IMG/VR virus record: IMGVR_UViG_3300042256_000025
Length of the DNA stretch: 64,000 nt
Source: a virus
Taxonomy: Duplodnaviria; Caudoviricetes
Direction: 5' to 3' (one strand)
The position numbers were made by a program, and so were the translations under genes. Shown here piece by piece: positions 48,509 to 58,080 of this stretch. Each line of letters begins with the position of its first letter. Within the stretch, counting starts at the first letter, position 1. The notes under the pieces are model-generated. The model was not told the origin of the DNA, made no database searches, and worked only from the letters and a program-made list of their open reading frames with translations.

Positions 48509-48519
48509 GTAATATAGGT
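48509..48519 (-). promoter_or_regulatory. Early promoter motif for chmA
   Basis: ACCTATATTAC 78 nt upstream of ATG 48431. Confidence 0.75.
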
Positions 48520-48782
48520 CTTGAATCCGCTTGAATTGCCAGTTTTACACCGATTAGGTGAACTAGACGTCAGTCTGCACCCATCCAATCGGGTTAGAGG
48601 GTGAAAATTAATACATCTAGAACTCGCGCACCGCGTATTTCTGGTCGTACACCAATGCCTTGCGGCACTGGCGAGTTCTTTGTATATAATAGTGTCACTG
48701 TGATTATTTTTTACAATTCACACATTCTAATAATGATTATCGACTGGAATCCTATAGACACCCCCGTACTCATGGAGCTAAT

Positions 48783-49856
48783 ATGCACGCTATACTTAAA
48801 CCCTCGCATACTAACCGGGGGCAAATCAGTCAGTCTAAATTAAACCGCGTCTCTGGTTTAATGCGCACACAGATTACCAGGGTGCAGGACCACTACCGCA
48901 CTCGGCTAGAGGCCGCAGACGGTAACCACCCCCTCGTTCGACTCGTGTACTCCTTCTTAACCTCACCTCATCAAGAACCTATGGCAGTATATGAGTGGGC
49001 GGTTGAGAATGAGGTTGAACTGGCACAGGCGGTGGGATTCAGTAACAGTATAGAACACCGTAAGCCATTAGAGTCAGTATGTTATCCAGACTGTGATGAG
49101 TATTGGGTGACCCATCGACCTAGTCACATCCGTATGACCTTTAATGGTGCAGATGAGATCCTACTCAACACGACACCCGTTACAGTGCTATATCAGCCCT
49201 ACATTCTACCCGTTCACTATATCCCTAAGGGGGGAAAGGGCAGGAATCATTGGGCGGTTATCGGAGTCGATATCCCTGCACTGGCACTGATGTATCAAGC
49301 CTGGATGCAGTATAATGAAACCCTACCGGCTGGACAGAAGCAATCCATTGAGCAGTTCGTAGGTAGTTACGTGCTACCGGGTATGTTGGTCAGTCAGGCA
49401 AACAGTGTACGGTTGAATATGTTAACCCACTATATGGACGACACTGTACCTAAATTGGACACTCGATCCAATATCGGTATGACGGATCACACGGATGAAC
49501 TGCAATCGATACTACACGACATCATTGTCGACAGCGACAGCCGTAATTATCCGTTAGGGTATCTCTATTACCTTATTGGCGCTATCCAAGAAGGACAATC
49601 GTTACTGGATAACTTCCCCCATATAGCCGCCCCTGAGGTATTCCCACTCTATACCTGCCGGTACCTTGCCGCCATTGCATGGGTACACACTGCGGCAATG
49701 TTGGAGCTATCTCCCTCTGATGGGCGGGAATACGGACAACGCGTACGCGCCATGTCGCGTCAAGTACGGGCCCGTTTCACGCATCAGCAGTTAGGTAAGG
49801 GGTACGTGGATAAGGTAGAGAGCTGGCACAGTGACATTGTGAACCTACTGACATAA
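48783..49856 (+). CDS. Conserved core protein (phiKZ gp52-like)
   Basis: 357 aa; AVIGVDIPALALMY..FVGSYVLP; lies between the polymerase gene and chmA. Confidence 0.65.
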   Translation: MHAILKPSHTNRGQISQSKLNRVSGLMRTQITRVQDHYRTRLEAADGNHPLVRLVYSFLTSPHQEPMAVYEWAVENEVELAQAVGFSNSIEHRKPLESVCYPDCDEYWVTHRPSHIRMTFNGADEILLNTTPVTVLYQPYILPVHYIPKGGKGRNHWAVIGVDIPALALMYQAWMQYNETLPAGQKQSIEQFVGSYVLPGMLVSQANSVRLNMLTHYMDDTVPKLDTRSNIGMTDHTDELQSILHDIIVDSDSRNYPLGYLYYLIGAIQEGQSLLDNFPHIAAPEVFPLYTCRYLAAIAWVHTAAMLELSPSDGREYGQRVRAMSRQVRARFTHQQLGKGYVDKVESWHSDIVNLLT

Positions 49857-49861
49857 GAAAG

Positions 49862-49887
49862 ACAGGACTGGCCTTAGCCAGTCCTGT
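49862..49887. terminator. Terminator hairpin between convergent genes
   Basis: acaggactggc-ctta-gccagtcctgt. Confidence 0.75.
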
Positions 49888-49890
49888 ACT

Positions 49891-52092
49891 TTATGCTGTG
49901 TTATAGATATTAACGTCAACCTCTTTCGAAAGTAGACGCGTTTTCTTTTTGTTTCTAAGGTAGATACCCATGGTTTCAAGTATAATCAAGAACCCGGCCA
50001 TCATCTCAGACTCAATGTGCTCGACGTTAATTACCTTCAGTATCTCCTCAGGTACCTTACCCCTTTGTAACCGCGAGCGAGGGATCAAAAAGTTACTGAA
50101 GCTGTTACGGCCCGTTGCCTTCGTGCCGCAGGTCGGACAGACGACATCCTTCTCTGACGTCTCCTCACACTGACAGCTATACGAAGCCGCTAGCCATTCG
50201 CGTAACCCCTCCTGCATCTCAGGCTCCAACGTCTCCATCCACTCTTTAAGCTTAACGGGTGAACCTAAGTCCACCGGGACCTTCACTGCCGCGTAAGGAG
50301 GGGGGTCAGCCACACCATAACGACAGGCAAAGACCTTATTCCAAAGATCATAGTGAACGTGGTTCGATTTCGATGCATTCTTATACGCCTTGGCGGCCTT
50401 TATCTGCATAGAGGCTAGATACGTGGACTCACCGGCCAGGATCGAGCGGTTAACCTCATGGGCGAGTGTAACGGGCACCCGAAGGGCCTCATACATCGTA
50501 GGGCGATTATTCGCCATAATGGAGTCCATGATCCATTTGATATAGTTACCCAGTGTATCGGTAATGATACTCGGAAGACGAGAGTTCTTAAGGTTCACGC
50601 CCTTCGAGTCAAACTCAGGTTCTGGGTAGACGTTACCCTCACAGGCACGAATGTATGAAAAGTAATGCTTCGCCATATTCGTAACGCCCAGTACCGGCTG
50701 ATAGAACTCAGACTTCATCGCCAGTCTAAAGAGCTTATCGTCTTTGACCCCTAAGTGTCTGGACAAGTGTGCCAGTACATGTTTAAGTACCTGAGAGTCA
50801 ATGTACGCCATTGCCCCCGCTACCGACATTCCTCGACGGGTAAAGTCATTTTGCCCGATGTACCAGACCACCCAGTCTTCGGTGGTAAAGATTGTGGAGT
50901 CGGTATCCGAGACCACTGCACAGTCCCTTAGGATCGTGGGTATGCTGTGTACACCATGCGGCATGTGGTCTGACTTAAGAAACGCATCGATGTAGAGCTG
51001 ATAATTAGTTAATGCCTCCTGTGTTTGTTTAATGGCCGCGCCATAGAGTTTATAACCCTCAGGGTTGTCCTTGGCCATATCGCCCACGGTTTTACCACTA
51101 AGCTCTTCGGACATCACCAAACCAATCATGGCGACCAAATCAGGATGTGCACCCTGTACATACGTATCAGGGTCCTCTACCCCCTCTAGAGGCTTCTCTA
51201 CCAACTGGCCGATGAAGGCGCGCATAAATCCTTCATTCACATCCCGCATGGCCCTAAGGTCATAGGTAAAGGCGACCACCGCCCGGTGCCAATCCTCCAT
51301 TTTATCAATAAAGACACTGACCTGTTCTATACCCTTAGGGGAGCGCCAGTAGCGACGACAGCTTTTAAAGATATGTGCCTTAAGATAGTCAGGGGTGGGG
51401 GCACTGAGTTTGTACGTGGCAAGTGCTTCCTTAACCAGTGTCTCATCAGCCAAACGAATCGAAGCGGCCATCTCAGATAAGGTAACCTCACTGCTATAAT
51501 AGTGGCGGTTCCCCATGAGCAGGCGTTCAGCTACCGCATTGGAGTAACTGGTTGCGCAGCGACAAATGGAGGTTAGGGTAGTATGTGCCGAGGCATTGTA
51601 AATCGGGTTATGTGGACTGGCGTGGGCACCCGAGATAGAGTTGTTCAGAATCTTGATGGTAGACTGCTGGTTGTTACAGAAGGTGGCCAGCTCCATGTTA
51701 CCCTCCATCTTGGCCTTTTGCCCTTCTTTCTTCACCTTAGAGCGCCGCTGAAGACCTTGATCGATAAAGTCAGGTAAGAACCCTAGTTTCTTATCAGGGT
51801 TTGAATACATGATGAGGTTAGGGCCCAGGATCCGGCCGGTGTGTTCGATCTCATTCAAGTAATTGGTTAACGGCTGCTTCTCTTTACGTCGATCTGGCGA
51901 ACCGTCTCTGCGGGCTAGGGTCTTGAGTACCGGCTCTTGAAACTGACTATTAGACTTTAACCACTCTAAAGCAACGTCCTTAGGCTTGCCCGACATGATG
52001 CTTAAATATTGCGCCATGTTTTCATGGTAGTTATTCAGTATATTAATGTCGCGCGTGTATTCTGACGGTGCGCGTACAAACGGATCTTTCAT
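49891..52092 (-). CDS. Split family-B DNA polymerase, polymerase subunit (phiKZ gp50-like)
   Basis: Motif B QQSTIKILNNSISG, motif C SDTDSTIF, KHY and KGV. Confidence 0.88.
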   Translation of the reverse strand: MKDPFVRAPSEYTRDINILNNYHENMAQYLSIMSGKPKDVALEWLKSNSQFQEPVLKTLARRDGSPDRRKEKQPLTNYLNEIEHTGRILGPNLIMYSNPDKKLGFLPDFIDQGLQRRSKVKKEGQKAKMEGNMELATFCNNQQSTIKILNNSISGAHASPHNPIYNASAHTTLTSICRCATSYSNAVAERLLMGNRHYYSSEVTLSEMAASIRLADETLVKEALATYKLSAPTPDYLKAHIFKSCRRYWRSPKGIEQVSVFIDKMEDWHRAVVAFTYDLRAMRDVNEGFMRAFIGQLVEKPLEGVEDPDTYVQGAHPDLVAMIGLVMSEELSGKTVGDMAKDNPEGYKLYGAAIKQTQEALTNYQLYIDAFLKSDHMPHGVHSIPTILRDCAVVSDTDSTIFTTEDWVVWYIGQNDFTRRGMSVAGAMAYIDSQVLKHVLAHLSRHLGVKDDKLFRLAMKSEFYQPVLGVTNMAKHYFSYIRACEGNVYPEPEFDSKGVNLKNSRLPSIITDTLGNYIKWIMDSIMANNRPTMYEALRVPVTLAHEVNRSILAGESTYLASMQIKAAKAYKNASKSNHVHYDLWNKVFACRYGVADPPPYAAVKVPVDLGSPVKLKEWMETLEPEMQEGLREWLAASYSCQCEETSEKDVVCPTCGTKATGRNSFSNFLIPRSRLQRGKVPEEILKVINVEHIESEMMAGFLIILETMGIYLRNKKKTRLLSKEVDVNIYNTA

Positions 52093-52290
52093 TAGACTTA
52101 CTCCAGACGTAAGGGTCGAGCAATCAATTCTACTACCCTATAGGGGCTACCAATCTAAATAGAAAAAAAAATAACCCCACTCCCGAAGGAGTGAGGGCGC
52201 CTAATATTAACGGCTAACCCACCGAGGTGGGACCTTTAACCAAGGGGTAAAGCATGTACATCTTCCACATGAGATAGGGATGGTGAGTAT

Positions 52291-52716
52291 TTATTCACTG
52301 ACTTCAATTCTATCGATCTTGTATCCGTTTGACAGTAGAAGGGCACGAATAGCTGTCGTATCAGGATCTCGAAAATCAGTCAGGGTAATGGTAGCTTTGG
52401 ACACTGTATTGACATACAGGGCGGATTCAATGATCCAAGCCTCTCCGACATACAGAATAGCGCCGTCGTTTGCCTTAATCATAAGGTAATTATAGGCGGT
52501 CCAGTCATCCGGATAAATAGCTTTAACGTTATCCGGCAAATGTCGATAGATATTGGCGTGATGAGTAGCTGCATCGGCGGATGGGGGGACTCCGTCACTG
52601 TTTAGACGGGCCAGTATCTTGCCTTCAATCTCAACACGACCCGACATAGTGCTGTACAGTGACATATGTACGTTGTCGTTAAGGGTGAGTTGGTGTATTG
52701 TGACGGCGTTTAACAT
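52291..52716 (-). CDS. Conserved hypothetical protein
   Basis: GGAG RBS before MLNAVT; HANIYRHLP..VGEAWI. Confidence 0.6.
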   Translation of the reverse strand: MLNAVTIHQLTLNDNVHMSLYSTMSGRVEIEGKILARLNSDGVPPSADAATHHANIYRHLPDNVKAIYPDDWTAYNYLMIKANDGAILYVGEAWIIESALYVNTVSKATITLTDFRDPDTTAIRALLLSNGYKIDRIEVSE

Positions 52717-53023
52717 GTTGTAATCTCCGTGTTCGCGCGGCGTAGGTACCGAGCGCATCGATGAACTTTAAAGTAGATAGATCAAGTTCAGCTTGATTCC
52801 ACTGATCAATGATCTCAATTAGGGGCTCTTGAAGGGAAAGTGGAAGAGCCTCTAGGGGCTCTAAATCACCATCATCCAAAGCTAGGACAATGTCCGTCAG
52901 TCGCTCTAACCCCTGTGCGATGATAAGGGGTGTGATGGGGATGTCAGGTGAGTCCTCTATTATCCACATCATAATGAGGGGCAGTATCTCGACCCGACGG
53001 TCTATTATAATTGTAGCCATCAT
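52679..53023 (-). CDS. Hypothetical protein
   Basis: Overlapping ORF in the small-gene operon between phuZ and the polymerase gene. Confidence 0.5.
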   Translation of the reverse strand: MMATIIIDRRVEILPLIMMWIIEDSPDIPITPLIIAQGLERLTDIVLALDDGDLEPLEALPLSLQEPLIEIIDQWNQAELDLSTLKFIDALGTYAARTRRLQHVKRRHNTPTHP

Positions 53024-53435
53024 CCGTCCTTATTAACAGACTATTGCCACCCAAGAGCTCTACCTGTAAAATAGGGGTCAGGTATATGGGGTGGTGTGGC
53101 GGTATCAGCTTGAGCTGCTCATATAACTCCGAGCAGAGTGTATGCAGGCAGTAGTATATCATCTCCTCCAAGTCACTGCGCCAGCCTTTATCGAGAAATG
53201 ACATTATATCATCGACATACGTATCCGATAAAATGGTGTCTACGACATCACCCACAATATCCTCATCCCACCCATGACTAATCGCCGCGGCTAAGTGCTC
53301 AACTGCACCGGGGAGGGGTTTAAATAAGTAATGGTACCAGCGATGGATGGTCGCGGGGTTAATACTTACCTCAGCTTGTAGTGGATATAGAAGATGATAG
53401 AGATGGGGTATGGATATAATTACAATTGTGCCCAT
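52944..53435 (-). CDS. Hypothetical protein
   Basis: 163 aa, GGAGG RBS. Confidence 0.55.
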   Translation of the reverse strand: MGTIVIISIPHLYHLLYPLQAEVSINPATIHRWYHYLFKPLPGAVEHLAAAISHGWDEDIVGDVVDTILSDTYVDDIMSFLDKGWRSDLEEMIYYCLHTLCSELYEQLKLIPPHHPIYLTPILQVELLGGNSLLIRTDDGYNYNRPSGRDTAPHYDVDNRGLT

Positions 53436-53449
53436 GGTAGCGCCCTCCG

Positions 53450-53830
53450 CTAAATGAATGACACGATGACAGTATTAGGCCCGATAATGGTTGCACGGGT
53501 AACGGGTTTACCTAAATACGGCATAATTAACGCCTCTTGCGGGTACTCAAACCCGGCAATTAGCTCCATTAACCATTCCTGTATAACGTCATAGTCTAAC
53601 ATAAAAAGGGCCTCACGAATAACCCTGCCCTGGTCTGACTCTAAAAGATGGGTGGCGAGTATATCAGTTGACTGCAGTCCGTTTGGACGCCATCGACCGA
53701 TAACGTCTACTGATAAAAGGTGGTTATAAAGGATAGGTAATATACCCCCCACTACCGGATGGTAGTGGGGGTCTATGGTGTTTTCCTCTATACCGTAATG
53801 CGTGAGTATCAGGCTATGGTAGCCTCTCAT
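53450..53830 (-). CDS. Hypothetical protein
   Basis: GGAGG RBS before MRGYH. Confidence 0.55.
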   Translation of the reverse strand: MRGYHSLILTHYGIEENTIDPHYHPVVGGILPILYNHLLSVDVIGRWRPNGLQSTDILATHLLESDQGRVIREALFMLDYDVIQEWLMELIAGFEYPQEALIMPYLGKPVTRATIIGPNTVIVSFI

Positions 53831-54245
53831 TGGACCCTCCTGCCCAATACGGGTTATCAACTGTAAGGTTTGGCACAATGTTAATAGCTACTGTAGATGG
53901 CGGCACTAACGAGACACTTTGTTCCTCATGTATATAAATCGACATAGGGACTGGTACGATGCTGTTTTTAACCGCCTCCAGTATCTCGTAGGCCACCGAC
54001 TCCCATTGGTAGGCACGGGTACAAACGTCACAGTCATGACACCCGCACTCTAGCGTCGGCATGTGACCCATCCAATCGCTGTCCAGTACGTACGTAACCA
54101 CATCGTCCATCCGTGCATCCGGATCCTGCTCAGCCAAATAAAAGAGCGCATACAGGTCTTCGGCCAATGCCATGAAGTCGGTACCCGCCTGCAAGACTTG
54201 TGGCGGTATGGGCTGGCGATGTATTATTAGTCGTGCCATATTCAT
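53814..54245 (-). CDS. Hypothetical protein with Cys cluster
   Basis: CGCHDCDVC; ATGA overlap with the upstream gene. Confidence 0.55.
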   Translation of the reverse strand: MNMARLIIHRQPIPPQVLQAGTDFMALAEDLYALFYLAEQDPDARMDDVVTYVLDSDWMGHMPTLECGCHDCDVCTRAYQWESVAYEILEAVKNSIVPVPMSIYIHEEQSVSLVPPSTVAINIVPNLTVDNPYWAGGSNERLP

Positions 54246-54649
54246 GCGTGCCCCCAACCGGTATTATGGGTAGGTACAATAGGCTGTCGAATAGGGGGGT
54301 CTGGCCACCATTTAATGACACCTGTCCCCTGCGATAGCCACTCGACCACATAAGTATGGTTCCACTGAGGAGCACCTACGGTGGACTGCAACAATGCATC
54401 TACCGCATCATAGAGTCGCTTCTCTATATAGCTTCGGTAATCTGTTGGTACGGACAGTGTGATCATTACATCCGTAAGGGGATCATTACAATGGGTACGG
54501 AACATAGAACCGTAAAGCTGACAATCCACCTCATGACGTACGATGTCACAGGTATCGACCACCGAAGCAGCTGTATCGAACTGAATAAGCCAATCTGACA
54601 AAGCCTTAGCTGTAGGCACTACACCTATTATTCCGCACCCTTCACTCAT
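54242..54649 (-). CDS. Hypothetical protein
   Basis: 135 aa; TAATG stop-start overlap. Confidence 0.55.
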   Translation of the reverse strand: MSEGCGIIGVVPTAKALSDWLIQFDTAASVVDTCDIVRHEVDCQLYGSMFRTHCNDPLTDVMITLSVPTDYRSYIEKRLYDAVDALLQSTVGAPQWNHTYVVEWLSQGTGVIKWWPDPPIRQPIVPTHNTGWGHA

Positions 54650-55305
54650 TACTCACCTCGCATTCGATGCCAGTCCTGTATGCGATAGTCCCCATCGTAA
54701 ATTAATACGTGGAGCTTGCCCGCTAGATGCAGGCTCCACACGTCGTATGGATTCTCACTACGCACACGGTGTAAGGCACCGTTCAAATGGTAGATTGGCT
54801 CAATGTCGTCAAAGAAACACAGGATTTCTTCTATCTGACGGACAATGTCCTCTTCTGATTCGGAAGGTTTGTTAAAGTTAATATCCTCACCCGACAACTG
54901 TCGAACCAGTTCTGCCATTTGAACAGGGCTGACCTTCGCTTTCGAGAGCACCTGTTGTAAACCAAAGCTGGGACCATTTTGAATATAGTCCTCTATGGCC
55001 GCCAGGAGAATGGCGTCCTCCATTACATTGCGGTAGGTGCCGGTCTCCACATAGCTCTTCGCCAATGCCCCCCGTACCTTAGCCACCACATGGTCACGGG
55101 TGTATTCTGGTACGGTCCACCCCATCACTCGGGCGAGCGGTGCCTCGATGACATCACGTACATGGGCAACGACGAGGTTATAGCAGAAGACTTTATCGTA
55201 GTTAAGGTTCGGGATGAGACCCGCTTTAGCGCCCCCCACAAAATAGCTGTGTAACAGGGCGCCATAGCGGTTAAGGTCTAAAATAACACGTTTGTTCTCA
55301 GACAT
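54649..55305 (-). CDS. Conserved hypothetical protein
   Basis: 218 aa; C-terminal GDYRIQDW pattern typical of this phiKZ-like block. Confidence 0.6.
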   Translation of the reverse strand: MSENKRVILDLNRYGALLHSYFVGGAKAGLIPNLNYDKVFCYNLVVAHVRDVIEAPLARVMGWTVPEYTRDHVVAKVRGALAKSYVETGTYRNVMEDAILLAAIEDYIQNGPSFGLQQVLSKAKVSPVQMAELVRQLSGEDINFNKPSESEEDIVRQIEEILCFFDDIEPIYHLNGALHRVRSENPYDVWSLHLAGKLHVLIYDGDYRIQDWHRMRGE

Positions 55306-55327
55306 ACGTCTATCCTTGATACGTCAC

Positions 55328-55741
55328 TCATCGTCGAATGATTGCAGTGGGTGAATGGGCTAGGATCAATGCAACGTCGCCTGGTCCTAGGATCTCAACA
55401 TCAAATCCTAGACTAGCCGCGGCCTCGCCGAACTCAGGAGTAGGCGAGAGTGCACGATAGAGGTCGCTGGAGTATTCCTCCAAAGCACGGTTAATGGATA
55501 CTTCCATCTCCAGACAAGGTGGGCGATAGCGGGTCGGTAAGTAGGTAAGCAAGAACATGTCTTCTAATCTACGCCCCAGCCAGTACCGGTAGAGGTCCAT
55601 AACACTATTACCTCGATCATCCTGAGGCTCTACCATCGTAAAGTCTCTAACCTGCAAACAGGCATGGATGATTTCCCGTATGTCCCGATCTACACTGCGA
55701 TCAAAATGATGAATAATCGTAGTAAAGGGAAGCTTACTCAC
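55328..55741 (-). CDS. Hypothetical protein
   Basis: 137 aa; AAGGAG RBS before GTG. Confidence 0.55.
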   Translation of the reverse strand: MSKLPFTTIIHHFDRSVDRDIREIIHACLQVRDFTMVEPQDDRGNSVMDLYRYWLGRRLEDMFLLTYLPTRYRPPCLEMEVSINRALEEYSSDLYRALSPTPEFGEAAASLGFDVEILGPGDVALILAHSPTAIIRR

Positions 55742-55789
55742 ACCAAGCTCCTTCGTTAAAGAGGGGGAGAGACTCCCCCTGCACCCTAT

Positions 55790-56851
55790 TTAGAACACCA
55801 TACCACTGTCGTCCGTAGTACGGTCACCCTTATCCATTACCTGATGAACCCCAACGGGTGTAGCACTGGCCAGTGACGCCCGCACACTGTCGTAGCCACG
55901 GATTGCCATTTCGACGCCCCCCATAATTTGACCAATGCGACTGGCAGAGGTTGCGAAATGGAAGTTAGGCATATCCTTAGTGCCCCAGACTTTACCGTCG
56001 TAGTATCCGACACAACTATACGGCTGACCCAATGACGGAATCTCATCCCCATCACTGTTGAGCAATGACGCTGTCGAAATAACGGCACCGTCCAAGGCCG
56101 TAATATCGATACCCTGCCATTCGGGTTTACCACCAAATGTCTGTTTAAAGGGCAAAACCTCAATCAACTGAGATGGGATGTCCGCATGGTTGCGGCTATG
56201 GTCCAACCAGTTTACCAGGTCAGTGTGGTCCAGCTCATGGTGACTGCCACAGAACAAGAGACCCAGCTGACGTACGATCTCCTCGACACGATTATCGATA
56301 TCAGGACGAGAGCCCAGGTACCCATCATTGCCGCGATTATCACTGGCCGCGTTTTCCTGATAGATCATCATAATCGGCCGATTGTTGGTAGCCTTACCCA
56401 TGGCCATAGACTGCAAGGTTTCCAGGGTACGCAGGGTATTCTTGGCCTCAATACCTGAATAGGTACTGCCCACCACCAGCGTAATGACGTTAGCGCCACG
56501 ACGCAGTAGTTCAGCTGTCACCAAAGGACCTACCACAGAACCGCTGCCACCTGATGCAGAGAACATAACCAGGTTGTAATCAGACGGTTTGTGCTCCACC
56601 AACATGTTGTTGACGTGATCGTTCACGCCCTCGAAAGCTTGCTGGCGCTTCTTACCCGCGCCACGCAGACCCGGTACCAAGAAGGTTTTAATATCATCAC
56701 CCAGATCACGGATGTTTGAATCCGAGGTATCCAGCGCATATTTTCGCACAGTGGGATAGTAAGACACCTCAGTATCCTGAGGCAGACGAACAAAATCTTT
56801 GAGTAAGTTAATACCTGCACCGCCGCAGGCATAGATTGACATTGTGGACAT
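55790..56851 (-). CDS. phuZ: PhuZ phage tubulin
   Basis: YACGGAGINL, ALDTS, GAGK, SASGGSGS tubulin signature, ELDHTD, acidic C-terminus DDSGMVF. Confidence 0.93.
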   Translation of the reverse strand: MSTMSIYACGGAGINLLKDFVRLPQDTEVSYYPTVRKYALDTSDSNIRDLGDDIKTFLVPGLRGAGKKRQQAFEGVNDHVNNMLVEHKPSDYNLVMFSASGGSGSVVGPLVTAELLRRGANVITLVVGSTYSGIEAKNTLRTLETLQSMAMGKATNNRPIMMIYQENAASDNRGNDGYLGSRPDIDNRVEEIVRQLGLLFCGSHHELDHTDLVNWLDHSRNHADIPSQLIEVLPFKQTFGGKPEWQGIDITALDGAVISTASLLNSDGDEIPSLGQPYSCVGYYDGKVWGTKDMPNFHFATSASRIGQIMGGVEMAIRGYDSVRASLASATPVGVHQVMDKGDRTTDDSGMVF

Positions 56852-56910
56852 GTGTTTTCCTCTTGGTTAATGGTTACAGGGCTCCGCCCTTATACGATAA
56901 GGGTAGGCCC

Positions 56911-57201
56911 TTATTTTTTAGACGTTTTCGTTACCCAGCCCAAAGGCATACGAGATGCCTCGATATCCGCCAATCGTGTACGGTAGGCGGCCAGCAAATT
57001 GCCTACTGGATACAGGTACCGATTGGCCTGTAGGCTCTTAATCTGACGGTTACTGTCCGTATACAGATTGAGGTAATTGTTGCGCTCCAGAATGCGCTCT
57101 ACTACCAGTGCCATACGACTGTCGTCTTTAAACTTCTGAAGATGTGCCAGACACTCCTCATAGGTTTCCAGTCGTTTGTCGCCTGCAATATTCAAGTACA
57201 T
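56911..57201 (-). CDS. Hypothetical early protein upstream of phuZ
   Basis: 96-aa ORF downstream of an early promoter motif. Confidence 0.55.
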   Translation of the reverse strand: MYLNIAGDKRLETYEECLAHLQKFKDDSRMALVVERILERNNYLNLYTDSNRQIKSLQANRYLYPVGNLLAAYRTRLADIEASRMPLGWVTKTSKK

Positions 57202-57266
57202 AGTCTCTTCCTTCTGTCTACATTGAATAGGTGGTTATTGCGTAGATTAATTCTACTGGCTTAAGG

Positions 57267-57277
57267 GTAATATAGGT
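57267..57277 (-). promoter_or_regulatory. Early promoter motif for the phuZ operon
   Basis: ACCTATATTAC 66 nt upstream of ATG 57201. Confidence 0.75.
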
Positions 57278-57339
57278 TTTCCTTAGAAACCATTGACCTG
57301 AGTCGATCCTATGACACGTGACAATATTAAGGGACCCTT

Positions 57340-58077
57340 ATGGCAAACATGGTAACATATGCGGTAAGCCGCATCATGCGAGAGATTCCGCACGAGGTGC
57401 TCTATCAGGCCTTTGGCTCGAATGAGTGGTATAACTACCTTAACCAACTCAGTATTGAAGAGCGTATTCGACGAGAAGTGATTAACGGCATCGTACTGCC
57501 TGATTGCAATATTGTAGGCGGTGAGTCCTACGTTGTGAACTTGGGTGGACTGGTATGGCAATGGTTAGAGAACGGTGCACGTATTGAAATTCCAATGTCA
57601 ATGACATTGAATCGCCCTATTTCGTCCGTATTGTCAATTGAGACGACCTATCGTAACTCTGAGCCCTATGGCAGCATGCCTGGACAACCCGGGCCAACCG
57701 GTCTGAACGAAGTGTACCTCGTGGGCCCTAACGTTATCTTTACACCGATTAACCCCGGTAACCTCAATTGCTTCTTGCGCTGTATACTCGAAAACGACGA
57801 ACAATTGACAAACATTAGCCAGAAGGCAATGTATGTATTTGGGGACCTCGCTGTATTGGCTGCAAAGATGTATGTTTATAATAAGTTATCGGTTAGTACC
57901 ACAATCACGGCGATGACCGGCGGTCAAGTGGATGGTCGGCTGCGGGGTATTATCGATGGGTATAGTGATGCGGCGCAGATGTACGGTGAGCTGCTACAGC
58001 GACGTATTAAAAAGATCTCGATGATGCAGGATCGAAAATGGCACCATCGCTTTATTGGCATGGGGCTAAACGATTAA
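57340..58077 (+). CDS. Conserved virion structural protein
   Basis: 245 aa; IPHEVL..AF, VLPDCNIVGG, IIDGYSDAAQMY patterns of a phiKZ-like structural family. Confidence 0.6.
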   Translation: MANMVTYAVSRIMREIPHEVLYQAFGSNEWYNYLNQLSIEERIRREVINGIVLPDCNIVGGESYVVNLGGLVWQWLENGARIEIPMSMTLNRPISSVLSIETTYRNSEPYGSMPGQPGPTGLNEVYLVGPNVIFTPINPGNLNCFLRCILENDEQLTNISQKAMYVFGDLAVLAAKMYVYNKLSVSTTITAMTGGQVDGRLRGIIDGYSDAAQMYGELLQRRIKKISMMQDRKWHHRFIGMGLND

Positions 58078-58080
58078 GGA

